A stretch of DNA of 64,000 nucleotides from Candidatus Woesearchaeota archaeon (GTDB lineage: Archaea; Nanobdellota; Nanobdellia; Woesearchaeales; JAZDKJ01), in assembly GCA_043803105.1 (NCBI GenBank), contig JAZDKJ010000012.1:1-64000 (forward strand). The letters run 5' to 3'. The notes beneath the pieces are model-generated. The model saw only the letters and a program-made list of their open reading frames with translations, was not told where the DNA came from and did not search any database. The position numbers and the translations under genes are program-made. Each line of letters starts with the position of its first letter. Position 1 is the first letter of the stretch. This document shows positions 45,023 to 56,084 of the stretch, in pieces.

Positions 45023-45622
45023 ATGGCTGACGAGAAACTATTGGTTGCCCAGGAAGTTTACCTGAAGTCAGGGATACATATAGGTACCAAGTTCCGCACA
45101 AAGTATATGGAGCAGTTCATCTACAAGACAAGGCCTGACGGCCTTTCTGTTCTAAACCTTCAGAAGATTGATGAGCGCATCAAGCTTGCTGCTAACCTGC
45201 TTTCAACTTATGATCCAAAAGATATCTTGATCGTTAGCCGCAGGGAGAACGGTTGGAAGGCTTCCAAGATGTTTGGTGTTGCAACATCTGCTAAGGTGCT
45301 TGCAGGCAGGTATCCCCCGGGAATACTTACTAATCCTGAGCTAAAGGAATATACTGAGCCAAAGATTATCATGGTTACAGATGCTTGGCCTGATAGGAAT
45401 GCTGTTCAGGATGCAATACTTATTGGAGTTCCGATAATAGCTTTATGTGACACGAATAATCAATCAAATAACATTGACCTTGTTGTTCCCTGCAACAACA
45501 AAGGGAAAAAGAGCCTTGGATTGCTCTTTTACATACTTGCAAAAGAATTCTTGGTCATGAAGGGTCTGTTGAAGTCTGATGAGGAATTCAAATACTCGCT
45601 TGATGACTTTAGCGAGGAATGA
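45023..45622 (+). CDS. rps2: 30S ribosomal protein S2 (uS2), archaeal type
   Basis: YLKSGIHIGTK...FIYKTRPDGL.VL; GRYPPGILTNP; IIALCDTNN...DLVVPCNNKGKKSL. Confidence 0.95.
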   Translation: MADEKLLVAQEVYLKSGIHIGTKFRTKYMEQFIYKTRPDGLSVLNLQKIDERIKLAANLLSTYDPKDILIVSRRENGWKASKMFGVATSAKVLAGRYPPGILTNPELKEYTEPKIIMVTDAWPDRNAVQDAILIGVPIIALCDTNNQSNNIDLVVPCNNKGKKSLGLLFYILAKEFLVMKGLLKSDEEFKYSLDDFSEE

Positions 45623-46283
45623 TTTCTATTCCACTGGCAGTTATCTTGTAGTCAATAATCTTTTCGCCTATTGACCTGTGTTTCTTTAATATCAACTTAT
45701 GCACATTCTTGAAGTTCTGCAGTTCAATTACACATTTGCTTGCATAGTTTAGTATGTCTCCACCAACGATTTTGATGTCATTTCCTCCGTTCATAGGTGA
45801 ATATACCTGGCTTGTCAGGATAACCGGTATGTTTTTTTTGCGAGCAAGGTCTGAGAGGTTTGATATTTGTAGCCCTAGGTCTCGATTCAGCTCATAAGAG
45901 TCAAATTTATTTCTCTGCACTCTGTAAAGCATCACTATTGTGTCCACTATCACCAGGCCTATATTATCAAAATTCAATTTCTTGATTTCCAATAAGACTT
46001 TTTTCTGCTCCTCGAATGAAGCTGGCTTGAATATCATCATGTTTTCCAGGATTTTTTCGTGGTCAGGTGATATCTGCTTGAGTCTTTCTATGGAAAAGCT
46101 ACTCTCTGTGTCTACAAATATGACCTTTTTTCCCATCCTGCTGGCTGACACTGCGCACAGAAGACAAAGGTTTGACTTTCCAGATCCGGCAGGCCCGTAT
46201 ATTGTTGTGATTATCTCTTTCTCATAACCTCCTTCAAGCGCCTTGTCAAGCTCCTCATTCCCAGTGGTTATCTTTTCTTCCAT
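45609..46283 (-). CDS. radB: DNA repair and recombination protein RadB
   Basis: TTGNEELDKALEGG; YGPAGSGKSN; FVDTE; C-terminal LKKHRS. Confidence 0.92.
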   Translation of the reverse strand: MEEKITTGNEELDKALEGGYEKEIITTIYGPAGSGKSNLCLLCAVSASRMGKKVIFVDTESSFSIERLKQISPDHEKILENMMIFKPASFEEQKKVLLEIKKLNFDNIGLVIVDTIVMLYRVQRNKFDSYELNRDLGLQISNLSDLARKKNIPVILTSQVYSPMNGGNDIKIVGGDILNYASKCVIELQNFKNVHKLILKKHRSIGEKIIDYKITASGIEIIPR

Positions 46284-46395
46284 TTGTATGCCAGAACCTT
46301 TTGTGCTTATAAAAAAGTTTGGAAAATGACCGGTTCTGTAATTATTTAGTTGAAATGAAACATTAGAATTGTTATTGTAGAACTCCTATTATAGT

Positions 46396-46845
46396 TCATT
46401 TGAACTTTGCCGAGACTCCTTCATAAGCTTCAAACGCTTTGAATGCTAGCGTTCTCAACAATGGGAATGTGTTGACTTTTGTTAGCCCTACCTTTGTGAC
46501 CCACTTATAATTTGTTAGTTCCTCCTTTTGTAAACTAATCTTTTCTGGGTTTAGTGCAACAGCGACATAGTCGATCATGAGTTCCCTTTTCTTGATTGAT
46601 GAGTGCATAGAAAAAGGAATCGGTTCTGGTCTTAAATTCTTTTTTACGAAAACATTTGTAATACCACAATCCACAATTTTGACTTCTAGGTTAGTTTCTT
46701 CTCTGATTTCCCTTGTCAATGCCTCAGAAGGTAACTCCCCCGATTCAACATGTCCTCCGACATGCAACCATTTCTTTAATTTCTTATGAAAAACCATCAA
46801 CAACTTGTTCTTATAGAAAATGAAAGCAGTCACGGTGGTTCTCAT
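46396..46845 (-). CDS. NUDIX hydrolase
   Basis: GGHVESGELPSEALTREIREETNL Nudix box. Confidence 0.9.
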   Translation of the reverse strand: MRTTVTAFIFYKNKLLMVFHKKLKKWLHVGGHVESGELPSEALTREIREETNLEVKIVDCGITNVFVKKNLRPEPIPFSMHSSIKKRELMIDYVAVALNPEKISLQKEELTNYKWVTKVGLTKVNTFPLLRTLAFKAFEAYEGVSAKFK

Positions 46846-46918
46846 GAAAATCGTTGGCCTCCTGAACCTTAAATAGTTTTTGGAAAACATTAAATACTCC
46901 CCTTCCAAAATCTTTCAG

Positions 46919-47839
46919 ATGCAAAAAAGGGGTCAGATAACCATTATTCTGGTTCTAGTCGTTTTCATCGTCATCATCCTCTCTATTGTCATTTACCTGA
47001 ATTCAGTCAAGAGTCAGAGGGGCATTGAGACCTCAACCTACAAGGCAGTTGGCTCGCCGCTTGATGCAACTCCCATAAAGTTATATCTGGATTCTGTGTT
47101 CGCCCAGACTGTGGAGCACTCCCTTGCCACAATCGGAGTCAATGGTGGCTACATCAGCATTAACGTTAATGAATCATATAATGAGACAGGCTTCCCAGAT
47201 TATGTCATCTACGAAGGTAGCAAGATTCCTTACTACACTAGGGATTGGGATTTGAGTGGTAGCGTGACACCGAATGAGGTACGTTTTCTTCCGCTTCAGA
47301 ATATCACTGACAGGTTGAGGCGTTATGTGCTTTTTTGGGTTGGAAACCAGTCCAATTTCTCTTTTTTCAGGGAGCACAGCTACATCGTTTATGCACCAAA
47401 TATTTCCTTTCAGGCAATCTCCTATAATCTTACCAAGGCAAGCCTTAGCTATACAAAAGCTAGACTCAATCTTTCAGTAAACGCGAATGATGAGGATGTT
47501 GCCTTTATGCTTTCTTACCCTATTATAGTCTTAAAACGGGAGGGCTCTACCGAACTGGTTGACTTCACAGACATTGTTCCTTATCCTTTGAAGGATGTTT
47601 ACCAGAATATCAGCTTCCTGTTGAACGAGATAGTTTCGGAACAACCCCTACCTTACGACCTTGCAGCTAATTGCAACAAGTACACTGCTGTTAATGACAT
47701 AAGGCTCACTGACCTTGGGGCAAGCGGGCTCATTGTTAACTTTTCCAGGATCATATCTCCGGATTACAATTACACCTTTAGGTTTGGGCTCCGGGATGTT
47801 TCAGTTACAGGCGAGTGCAGAAGCATCCGCACATCCTAA
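46919..47839 (+). CDS. Pilin-like protein, paralog of the 1868..4084 N-terminus
   Basis: MQKRGQ-ITIILVLVVFIVIILSIVIYL; PIKLYLDS...NGGYI; VAFMLSYPI. Confidence 0.7.
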   Translation: MQKRGQITIILVLVVFIVIILSIVIYLNSVKSQRGIETSTYKAVGSPLDATPIKLYLDSVFAQTVEHSLATIGVNGGYISINVNESYNETGFPDYVIYEGSKIPYYTRDWDLSGSVTPNEVRFLPLQNITDRLRRYVLFWVGNQSNFSFFREHSYIVYAPNISFQAISYNLTKASLSYTKARLNLSVNANDEDVAFMLSYPIIVLKREGSTELVDFTDIVPYPLKDVYQNISFLLNEIVSEQPLPYDLAANCNKYTAVNDIRLTDLGASGLIVNFSRIISPDYNYTFRFGLRDVSVTGECRSIRTS

Positions 47840-47873
47840 ATGTTTATATATTCTCTTCTTATCTTTTCTTCCA

Positions 47874-49373
47874 ATGAAAAGGACTTACCTGGTGCTAGCT
47901 TTGATTTTCGCTTTTTCTGTAGCCCTCAGGCTTTTCTTTGCTTTGAGTGTGCAAAACTTCAGCGATAATGAGGCATATTTTGTTCTTCGCCAGGTTGAGA
48001 GCATCAGGCAGACAGGTCTGCCCTTGTATCATGATCCGCTGAGCTATGATGGTAAGCAGCAGATTTTTCTTCCGCTCTATTATTATTCCCTTTCCATCTT
48101 CAGTTTTTTCCTGCCTGTACAGCTCGTGCTAAAGATTATTCCCAATCTCTTTGCGTCCTGTCTTGTTTTCGTGGTCTATGCCATAACCTTACACATCACT
48201 CGCAACCCTGCCGCTAGTTTATGGGCTGCTTCGGTCTCGGCAGTTATCCCGGTGTTCACAAGCCTTACAGCAAATTCTGCATCAATATACACATTTGTTG
48301 TGCCATTGTTGTTTCTAATCTTGTATTTTTTCATGCGTGCTGCCCAGGAAAAGGCTTTTGTATGGTTTTTTGTTATCAGTTTTTTTACCCTTGCCTTCAC
48401 AAGCGCGATTGCGGCCCTTGTCGCATTGGGTTTTGTGTTCTATCTGTTGATCGCAAAACTTGAGGGTTTGCGCACCACCAAGGCAGAACTGGAGGTCACC
48501 ATTTTTTCAGTGCTTTTCATTCTTTGGTTGTATGTTTTGGTTTTCAAGAAAATTTTGTTGACATACGGTGCCTCTGTACTTTTCCAGAACATTCCCTCTG
48601 CTCTTATGTCACAGTATTTCCGAAATATCACAATTGTTGGTGCTGTCAATCAGGTAGGTCTTTTGCCATTGTTCGTTGGGACAGTCATGCTCTACCACTA
48701 TCTCTTCCGGATAAAGAGCAAGTCCATCTATATGCTTATAGGGTTTACCTTTGCTGTCTTCCTGCTCTTATGGCTGAAGGTTTTATCTTTCGGCGGTGGC
48801 CTAATGGTGCTTGGCTCTGCCTTCACAATCCTTTTTGGCAAGTCCTTGGCATCCTTCCTTGACTACATCGAGAAGACCAATCTTCTTCGCTTCAAGATGT
48901 ATTTTGCAGCTGGTGCTGTGATCTTGTTGGTTGCATCCTCTTTAGGTCCTACCCTGTTCTATTATAACCAAGAGTCTAAGAAGGCTTTCAATGCAGATGA
49001 AATAGATGCACTCCAGTGGTTGGCAAACAATAGTGAGCCACAATCTGTTGTGCTCTCAACCTTGCAGGAGGGTAATCTTGTCACAGGCATTGCTCATAGG
49101 GCAGACGTGATGGACCAGAATTTCTTGCTTGTGCCCAACATTGACCAGCGCCTGTCAGACCTCGATACAATTTTTTCTACCTCCTCGGAAATCGAAGCTG
49201 TCGATCTTCTCACAAAGTTCCATGTTGATTACATTTTTTTTTCTGACTATGCTAAGCTGAAGTACAAGAGGACTTCCCTTGGTTACACAGATGATTTCAA
49301 CTGTTTTCAATTGGTGTACGATAAGCAGGTCCAGATTTATCGTACAAGGTGTAAACTGGAGACTATAACATGA
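47874..49373 (+). CDS. Multi-TM GT-C-like (PMT/STT3-like) membrane glycosyltransferase
   Basis: Many TM helices; AYFVLRQVESI...DPLSY; C-terminal ALQWL...VVLS...GNLV...VDYI. Confidence 0.6.
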   Translation: MKRTYLVLALIFAFSVALRLFFALSVQNFSDNEAYFVLRQVESIRQTGLPLYHDPLSYDGKQQIFLPLYYYSLSIFSFFLPVQLVLKIIPNLFASCLVFVVYAITLHITRNPAASLWAASVSAVIPVFTSLTANSASIYTFVVPLLFLILYFFMRAAQEKAFVWFFVISFFTLAFTSAIAALVALGFVFYLLIAKLEGLRTTKAELEVTIFSVLFILWLYVLVFKKILLTYGASVLFQNIPSALMSQYFRNITIVGAVNQVGLLPLFVGTVMLYHYLFRIKSKSIYMLIGFTFAVFLLLWLKVLSFGGGLMVLGSAFTILFGKSLASFLDYIEKTNLLRFKMYFAAGAVILLVASSLGPTLFYYNQESKKAFNADEIDALQWLANNSEPQSVVLSTLQEGNLVTGIAHRADVMDQNFLLVPNIDQRLSDLDTIFSTSSEIEAVDLLTKFHVDYIFFSDYAKLKYKRTSLGYTDDFNCFQLVYDKQVQIYRTRCKLETIT

Positions 49374-50740
49374 GAAGATACCTTGTCTATGTTGCATCAT
49401 TGCTTGCTGTTTTTTCCTTGCTATTGCCCTTCTATTTGAGGTATGTTGAATCCCAGCCTCTAGTTTTCGCTGGCGAGTCATATTATAATCTTAGGATTGC
49501 ATCTCTTATACAGAAGTCTGGTATTCCACATTATGACTTAATGTTGTGGCAACCTAGGCCTTACCTGATTAACCCTTATCATCTGGTATTGGCAGGTTTT
49601 TTTCTTCTATTTACCCATATCCAGACCTCGATACTATTTCCTGTTCTCTTAGGAGCTCTCTCATTTGTCATTTTTGGCATGCTGCTTAAGAGCTTCTCTG
49701 TTTCCTCTCATGTCACTCTGGCATCCCTAGTTATGCTTGCCTTCAGCCCGCCATTTGTGCACACCTTCACTGTGTCATCACCAATTGCCCTTTCTGCAAC
49801 TATAGTCCTCCTTGGTTTGTACCTTCTGTGTTCAGAGCAAGCCTTCGCTAAGTGGCTCGGTATCCTTTCCTTGTCTATAGTTCCTTTTTTCAGTTTTTCT
49901 TTCGCTGTTGTCTCAATAGTGGTCCTGCTTTCTGTGGAAAAGTACAGGAAGAATGCAATTGCCGTGCTTCCGGTTATTGTTCTTACGCTTGTCTCTCTTG
50001 TTCTGCAGCTGCCCACAGTTCATATTCCACAGATTCATCTGTTTTTTTCTGACCTGGGCAGCCAGTTCGGGTTCGGCCTGTTTAATGTCATTCTTTGCTT
50101 CCTCGGGCTGATTCTTGCATGGCCCAAGAAGTCTGGCTTGCTGTCATGGTTTGTGGTTGGGCTGTCAATTATCTCTGTCTCATTCCTTGATCTTGGATCT
50201 CTCGTCCTCCTCAATTACCTTGTTTCCGTGGCCGCAGCCTTTGCCTTTGTTCGTTTATTGAAAATGCGCTGGGATCTTCTGCAGATAAGGTTTATGTCCA
50301 TTACTCTCATTGTCTGTGGTCTGCTTTTTTCCTTTGTAACTTTTGAGACCTCTCTCGCCTCCTCTGCTCCAACAGAAGGTCTGGAGCAAGCTCTCTCTTG
50401 GCTGTCTACGCAAGAGACTTCAGCGGTTTTTAGCCACCCATCTTTGGGTTTCTTCATTCAGGCTGATGCAGGGAAAAAAGTGCTTGCTGATGATCTAACT
50501 ATAGATCAAAAAATACTTAATGACTCCAATACATTGTTTTACTCCAGGAGCCTGCAGAAGACCAAGGAGATCTTGTCAAAATACAATATATCGCATATTC
50601 TTATCTCTCCAGAGATGAAGGTTGGTTTGGTTTGGAATGAACCAGAACAAGGTCTCCTATTCTTACTCCGGAATAACGAAACATTTAAAAGTGTTTACAA
50701 CAAGTCTCAAGTCCTGGTTGTTTCGTACTCTGGTGGTTAG
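49370..50740 (+). CDS. Multi-TM GT-C-like membrane protein, paralog of the upstream gene
   Basis: ESYYNLRIA; ALSWL...VFSHPSLGFFI; KYNISHILI. Confidence 0.55.
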   Translation: MRRYLVYVASLLAVFSLLLPFYLRYVESQPLVFAGESYYNLRIASLIQKSGIPHYDLMLWQPRPYLINPYHLVLAGFFLLFTHIQTSILFPVLLGALSFVIFGMLLKSFSVSSHVTLASLVMLAFSPPFVHTFTVSSPIALSATIVLLGLYLLCSEQAFAKWLGILSLSIVPFFSFSFAVVSIVVLLSVEKYRKNAIAVLPVIVLTLVSLVLQLPTVHIPQIHLFFSDLGSQFGFGLFNVILCFLGLILAWPKKSGLLSWFVVGLSIISVSFLDLGSLVLLNYLVSVAAAFAFVRLLKMRWDLLQIRFMSITLIVCGLLFSFVTFETSLASSAPTEGLEQALSWLSTQETSAVFSHPSLGFFIQADAGKKVLADDLTIDQKILNDSNTLFYSRSLQKTKEILSKYNISHILISPEMKVGLVWNEPEQGLLFLLRNNETFKSVYNKSQVLVVSYSGG

Positions 50741-51971
50741 ATGATAAGATATATACTTTGGGGTGTCTCATTTATCACCCTTTATGTTTCTCTGGTCTGG
50801 CTTAGCTTCATGTACTTGAATCCATTTCAGCACAAGCGACTTTTTTCATATCCCAGCATTACTGTTGTAATACCTGCTTATAATGAAGAGCGCACTGTTG
50901 TCGATACAATTAAATCTGTTGCTTCTGCCTCTTATCCAAAAGGAAAGCTTAGTCTGGTTGTGGTTAATGATGGCAGCACTGATCATACTTCAGCTGTTGC
51001 CAAAGAATATATCCGGTCCGCCAGGATTAAGAACGCAATTGTCATAGATAAACCACAATCGGGCAAGGCAGCCGCACTTAATACTGCCCTCAAAAGCACT
51101 TCGACTGAATTGTTTGCCTGCGTGGATGCAGATTCTTTGATTGACAAACATGCCTTGCTGCAATTAATGCACCACTTCGAAGACCCAAAGAATGCTGCTG
51201 TGATAACTGCCTTGAAGGTGTATAAGCCCAAGAAGCTCTTGGAAAAGGTACAGCATTTTGAATACCTGTTGGGCATTATTACCCGGAAGATTCGTTCCTC
51301 AATCAATACCCTGGCAATGACCCCCTGGCGTTTTGAGCGTTTACAGAACTAATTTACTACAAGATCTCGGGGGTTTTGATGAGCATAATATTACCGAGGA
51401 TTTTGAGATTGCCATGCGACTGAAGTTTCATGGTTATAACATTCAGCTCGAGACTAAAAGCATCACGTACACTAATGTACCCGACACGTTCCGCGCGCTA
51501 AAGAGGCAACGCGTTAGATGGTTCAGGGGCTATATCTTCAACCACATAAAATATAAGAGTATGTTCTTTGATCGGAATAATAAGTTCATGGGGTATTTCC
51601 AGCTACCCTTGAACATCATCTCTATTGGTATACTCCTCCTCAGCACAACACTCATAGGGTATGGGACCTTTACGACTGTGAGGGAGCTCATCCAACGGGC
51701 TCTCTTGATTAAGGGGTATATCCCCAGCCTGTTTTACATACCTCCCCTAAAAGAGATAATCCTTGGCCATGACATTCAGATCATGTTTCCAATATATATA
51801 GGCGCAATTGGAGGTTTTTACCTTTTCTATGTTGCTCACAAGGAGACAAACGAAAAGTTTAAGCACCCTCTCTCGATTTGGCTTTATTTCACAATCTTTC
51901 CCTTGCTTAATTTTTATTATTGGGTTTGCTCACTGGTGCAGGAGGTCTTTAGGTCCAAGAGAAAATGGTGA
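50741..51971 (+). pseudogene. Family 2 glycosyltransferase (DxD, QxxRW) split by a one-base frameshift
   Basis: VVIPAYNEE, NDGSTD, GKAAALN, VDADS in ORF 1; TEDFE, QRVRW in ORF 2; removing one C from CCCCC at 51321-51325 gives MTPGVLSVYR. Confidence 0.75.
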
Positions 51972-52609
51972 AGCGCTTTGCAAAGCATGTTTTTGTAGTC
52001 ACATTGGTACTTCTGGTTGTCGTTTTTGTCACCGGCCTGCTCTTTGGTAGGTCTCTTGGCACTTCAAGGGAGGTTGAAATCACAAGGTTGATTCAGCGTA
52101 ATGAGCTTAATGCAGAGAGCTTCTTGATTGAGCAGGACCTGTTCAAGAACCTTGACAAGAGCAATTGTGAGCTTGTCAGGATAAGGCTTACTGACATGTC
52201 TAATGAGCTTGGAAAGACTGGACGAGTGCTTGTCCAGAACAATTCAAGAAGCTCACTTGGCGCTGAAGAATTTGCTTTTCTCAAGCTAAAGTATCACTTG
52301 ATGCAGGTAAGGTCTTACCTGTTGTTTGAGCGCCTCAAGGATAAGTGCAATATCACATCAAACGTGATTTTGTACTACTATGGCATCAATGATAAGGACT
52401 CTGCCGAACAGGGCAAGATACTTGACCAGGTGGTAAAGGATTACCCTGTGTCTGTTTTTGCTATTGAGTACAATTATTCCCCCCAGCTCAGGTTCCTTGA
52501 GGCTTTCTATAATGTGACTGCCACTCCGACCATTGTTCTGGATTTTGGTCGCATCCACATGGGATTGGCTGATTACGATACCATCACCAGTGAATTGACA
52601 AAGCCATAA
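51965..52609 (+). CDS. Membrane-anchored protein with thioredoxin-like C-terminus lacking CxxC
   Basis: N-terminal TM; ILYYY...SAEQGKILD...YNVTATPTIVL. Confidence 0.55.
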   Translation: MVKRFAKHVFVVTLVLLVVVFVTGLLFGRSLGTSREVEITRLIQRNELNAESFLIEQDLFKNLDKSNCELVRIRLTDMSNELGKTGRVLVQNNSRSSLGAEEFAFLKLKYHLMQVRSYLLFERLKDKCNITSNVILYYYGINDKDSAEQGKILDQVVKDYPVSVFAIEYNYSPQLRFLEAFYNVTATPTIVLDFGRIHMGLADYDTITSELTKP

Positions 52610-54693
52610 TGCAGCGCGCTTATCAAAAGCACATTTTCTTGACAAGCCTACTTTTGACTCTTTCAATTTTTACGATGGGGATCATTATTAGTTACTTCAT
52701 GGATTTCGTAAGGATTGCCGAGATTACCAAGGTCATAGAGAAGAATGAACTTGACAGTGAGGCTTATTTTCTTCAGCAGGATTTTCTTGCAGTCTCTGGT
52801 GCCAATCAATGTGCTCAAATAGAGCAGCGCCTGACCAGTCTGAAGGAGGAGGTAAGGAAGGTTGGTATTGACCTTTCCAATTATGGTAGCAAGGGTTTTT
52901 TCAAGAAAAAAGATTATGATTACCTTAAGCGCAAGTATTTTCTTTTGGAGTTGCAGTTTCTCACGCTTGTGAACGGTGTTAACGACCGCTGTGGCAGCAC
53001 CTACATCCCGATCATTTTTTTCTACAAGATTGATGATGCCTTAAGTGAGCGTCAGGGCTATGTGCTTGATGACATCAATGAGGCTTACCCTGCCCAAGTT
53101 GTAGTTGTTTCTCTTGACAAGGATTATGTCGATGAGCCCATTGTGAGTTATTTGGTCAAAAAGTACAATGTTACGAAAGCGCCCACTGTTATTATTGACA
53201 ACAACATCAAGCAAGAGAGACTCCTGTACACAGGCGAGCTTAACGCCACAATTTTAAGATTGCTGCGCAGGACTGATGAGTATTCCAAGGGCACAAATTT
53301 TGATTTTGTCATTGATGCTACAAAGACAAATAAGTCCCTTCTCATGCTAAGATATAAGCAGCTTGTTGAGATCAACATCTCTCCCTTCGCAAAGGGTGAT
53401 ATTCTTCTTGCTCTTGGCAGACTTTCCAACAATGAGTCCTTGAAGTGCCTTGCCTTGCGATATTATGATGAGTATAAGCCGCAGCAACCAGAGGAGAGAG
53501 CTTTGTTGTTTGAAACCTATGCTTCGATTGGCTGCGGTCGAAACAGAAAGGCTTTTCTCCTTGAAGCCTCCAGGATCTGGAAAGCCTTAGGGAATAATGC
53601 TCGCTCTGAAATCGAGGAGAGGTTATCACAAAGAGAAGAACCTCTGCTGGTTTTTGAACCAAGCAGGCTCAATGCCACAAGAATCCCTCGTTTCTCCAAG
53701 GTTACTATTGGACGGACGGGTTTTTCCATTACCAAGTCCGATGTCCTGGTTTCGCAGGTTGACCGGGTGAATCGAGATTGGTTATCTGGCCAGCTTAATT
53801 CCTCCCCGTTCTCACAAAATCTCCTCACAGTGTTCTCTGAGAGATATACTCTTCCAGAGTTCGAACTCTTGCCAGATATTGGTTGGCACGAAGGTGCAAG
53901 GATAAAGGAGATACAAAAGATTGGTCTGAAGCGCTATACTGCCACCGGAACTCTTGTAGCCAAGCGCAATGGAACATGGTTTGCCCCTGATGAAAAAGGG
54001 ATTTTCCGCTTTGAGGTGCCCCTTGATAAAGTCCTCTATCCTACAACCAGGTTCTTGTCAGAAGACCTTGCTGTGATTGTTGATACCCATGGCGTAAACA
54101 TGCTTGTTGAACAAGCCTTAAGATTGAACGCAAGTGTTGTGATCGGTTGTTGTGACAATCCCTCAAAGGTTGCTGCAGCAAAATACCTTGCGGGCAAGGG
54201 CATCAAGGTCGTTTGTTTCACAGATAAGTATCTCCCCCTTATTCTAGGCTCAAACCTTTCAATACTTGGCAGCCCCCCTATGTTGAGGAATGGTAACTCT
54301 GTCTTGCTTGGCAGCCAGCCTGTCTCGATACTCTCCTCAGATGTGCTGCTTGTTGAGGATGTGGCAAACTATTCACAGGTCCAGAGCTATTATGATACGC
54401 CTGCGCGCTATTTCAGTCAGCTTAACGCTTCTCTTGATGTTCATTACTTTGGGCTTTCTGCCTCAAGTGGTCCAGAAGATTTCATCGATGCTGCCGTTAA
54501 GCTTAACGCGAATGTGGTTGCTGCCAGGGTTTATTCGCTTGAGGACTATCTGGCCATTAGCTCCTGGCTCCGAGAAGACATGCATCACAGGGCAATCCTG
54601 TTTCACTCAGCGCCATATCCTTTTGGGTTAATCATTTATGAAGAATTCAGGGACCAAACGTCTTTTGATGATATTCATCCGGAGTTTTCATGA
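52609..54693 (+). CDS. Large membrane-anchored protein; N-terminus paralogous to the upstream gene
   Basis: LKRKYFLLE, IIFFY...SERQGYVLD...YNVTKAPTVII; remainder unrecognised. Confidence 0.55.
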   Translation: MQRAYQKHIFLTSLLLTLSIFTMGIIISYFMDFVRIAEITKVIEKNELDSEAYFLQQDFLAVSGANQCAQIEQRLTSLKEEVRKVGIDLSNYGSKGFFKKKDYDYLKRKYFLLELQFLTLVNGVNDRCGSTYIPIIFFYKIDDALSERQGYVLDDINEAYPAQVVVVSLDKDYVDEPIVSYLVKKYNVTKAPTVIIDNNIKQERLLYTGELNATILRLLRRTDEYSKGTNFDFVIDATKTNKSLLMLRYKQLVEINISPFAKGDILLALGRLSNNESLKCLALRYYDEYKPQQPEERALLFETYASIGCGRNRKAFLLEASRIWKALGNNARSEIEERLSQREEPLLVFEPSRLNATRIPRFSKVTIGRTGFSITKSDVLVSQVDRVNRDWLSGQLNSSPFSQNLLTVFSERYTLPEFELLPDIGWHEGARIKEIQKIGLKRYTATGTLVAKRNGTWFAPDEKGIFRFEVPLDKVLYPTTRFLSEDLAVIVDTHGVNMLVEQALRLNASVVIGCCDNPSKVAAAKYLAGKGIKVVCFTDKYLPLILGSNLSILGSPPMLRNGNSVLLGSQPVSILSSDVLLVEDVANYSQVQSYYDTPARYFSQLNASLDVHYFGLSASSGPEDFIDAAVKLNANVVAARVYSLEDYLAISSWLREDMHHRAILFHSAPYPFGLIIYEEFRDQTSFDDIHPEFS

Positions 54694-56084
54694 GGAAGCC
54701 CTACCTGCCGATCGTTATTGTTCTGTTTGTTTCGCTTGTCGTAAGGCTTTACTTCTTTTTTTCTTATCACGACATGTGGTGGGATGCCGCAGTCTACATT
54801 GGCATGGGCAAATACATGCTTACTCTTGGCCATCTTGGTTTGTGGGAGCCGATTAGGCCTGTCTTCTGGCCGCTGATTCTGGGATTGTTGTGGTCTACAA
54901 GATTGAATGTTGTTGTGCTTGGCAATTTGGTTCAGCTTTTAATGAGCATAGGTATAATCTATCTTGTTTATGCCATTGCAGCAAATGCCTTTGATAGGAG
55001 GACAGCTGTCTTGGCTGCGGCAATTTTTTCTTTTGGTTCGATTTTTTTCATTTTAGGTTATCATTTGTATACTGAAATTCCCGCCACTTTTTTTCTGCTT
55101 CTTGCGCTATTTTTTCTTTTCAGGCAATCTTTTTTCACGTCCGGGTTATTTTTTGCCTTCTCAGTTTTGACCAAGTTTACAATGATGGTTTTTATTGTTC
55201 CTATCATCATTTTTTTGTTCTTTAATCCTCGTTTTAGGTCATTTATGTTTTTTGGTTTAGGTGCCCTTGTACCCTTAGTGCCAGCTCTTGCAGTCAATCT
55301 TTGGTTTTACAGCTCTCCATTTTTTCCATTTCTCGAAGCCAATCGCGTAATCAATCAGGTTCTCGGCTGCAATGTCCTGAGTTTCAAGCCATGGTATTTT
55401 TATTTGCGGATGATGATATCTGAGAGTGCGCTTTACGTCCTTTTGCCAATTGGTTTTCTTATTTCCCTTCGCAGGCGAAAGCGCGAAGATTTGTTGATTT
55501 GTGTCTCCCTTGTGTTGCCTCTAGTGTATTTGTCAACCCTCCATTGTCGTGATTACCGCTATCTTCTGGCCTTTCTGCCTTTCGCTTCAATGCTTGTTGG
55601 CCTCGCGCTTGCTTTTATGCTTGCTAGGCTCCCTGAAAGGTTTTTCTTGCTGCTTGTTATAATGATTGCCATTACTGGATTTGTTTCTGCTTTCTCTTTT
55701 TACAGGCTTAATGAGCCGTCTTCAGAGCCCGCTGTTGCAAGAGACTTTTACAGGTTTTTGGAGAACCGCACTGCAGAACACGAGATTTGGGTTAGTAATC
55801 CTATTGTGGCCCTTTATGCAGATAAGAAGGTAAACCTGGTCTATTATCCTGTCTTTGACTCCAACCTCATCTTTAGTTTCAATCAGTACATTCGTCATCA
55901 TTTGGCAAATGTAAGCTATGTTTTCCTTGACAGTTGCGGTGGAGGTATCATCTGCCCACCCAAGGACACTGCATGTCTATCAGAATCCGATGATCTGGTT
56001 CGTTTTCTTTACAATAATTCCAGGTTGGTGTATTACTCCAGCTCTGCAGGATGCGCCGATTATGTTTTCTTTAACCAAGCTTGA
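54690..56084 (+). CDS. GT39/PMT-like membrane glycosyltransferase
   Basis: WWDAAVY, RPVFWPLI, YTEIP, LTKF, DYRYLL; many TM helices. Confidence 0.75.
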   Translation: MRKPYLPIVIVLFVSLVVRLYFFFSYHDMWWDAAVYIGMGKYMLTLGHLGLWEPIRPVFWPLILGLLWSTRLNVVVLGNLVQLLMSIGIIYLVYAIAANAFDRRTAVLAAAIFSFGSIFFILGYHLYTEIPATFFLLLALFFLFRQSFFTSGLFFAFSVLTKFTMMVFIVPIIIFLFFNPRFRSFMFFGLGALVPLVPALAVNLWFYSSPFFPFLEANRVINQVLGCNVLSFKPWYFYLRMMISESALYVLLPIGFLISLRRRKREDLLICVSLVLPLVYLSTLHCRDYRYLLAFLPFASMLVGLALAFMLARLPERFFLLLVIMIAITGFVSAFSFYRLNEPSSEPAVARDFYRFLENRTAEHEIWVSNPIVALYADKKVNLVYYPVFDSNLIFSFNQYIRHHLANVSYVFLDSCGGGIICPPKDTACLSESDDLVRFLYNNSRLVYYSSSAGCADYVFFNQA

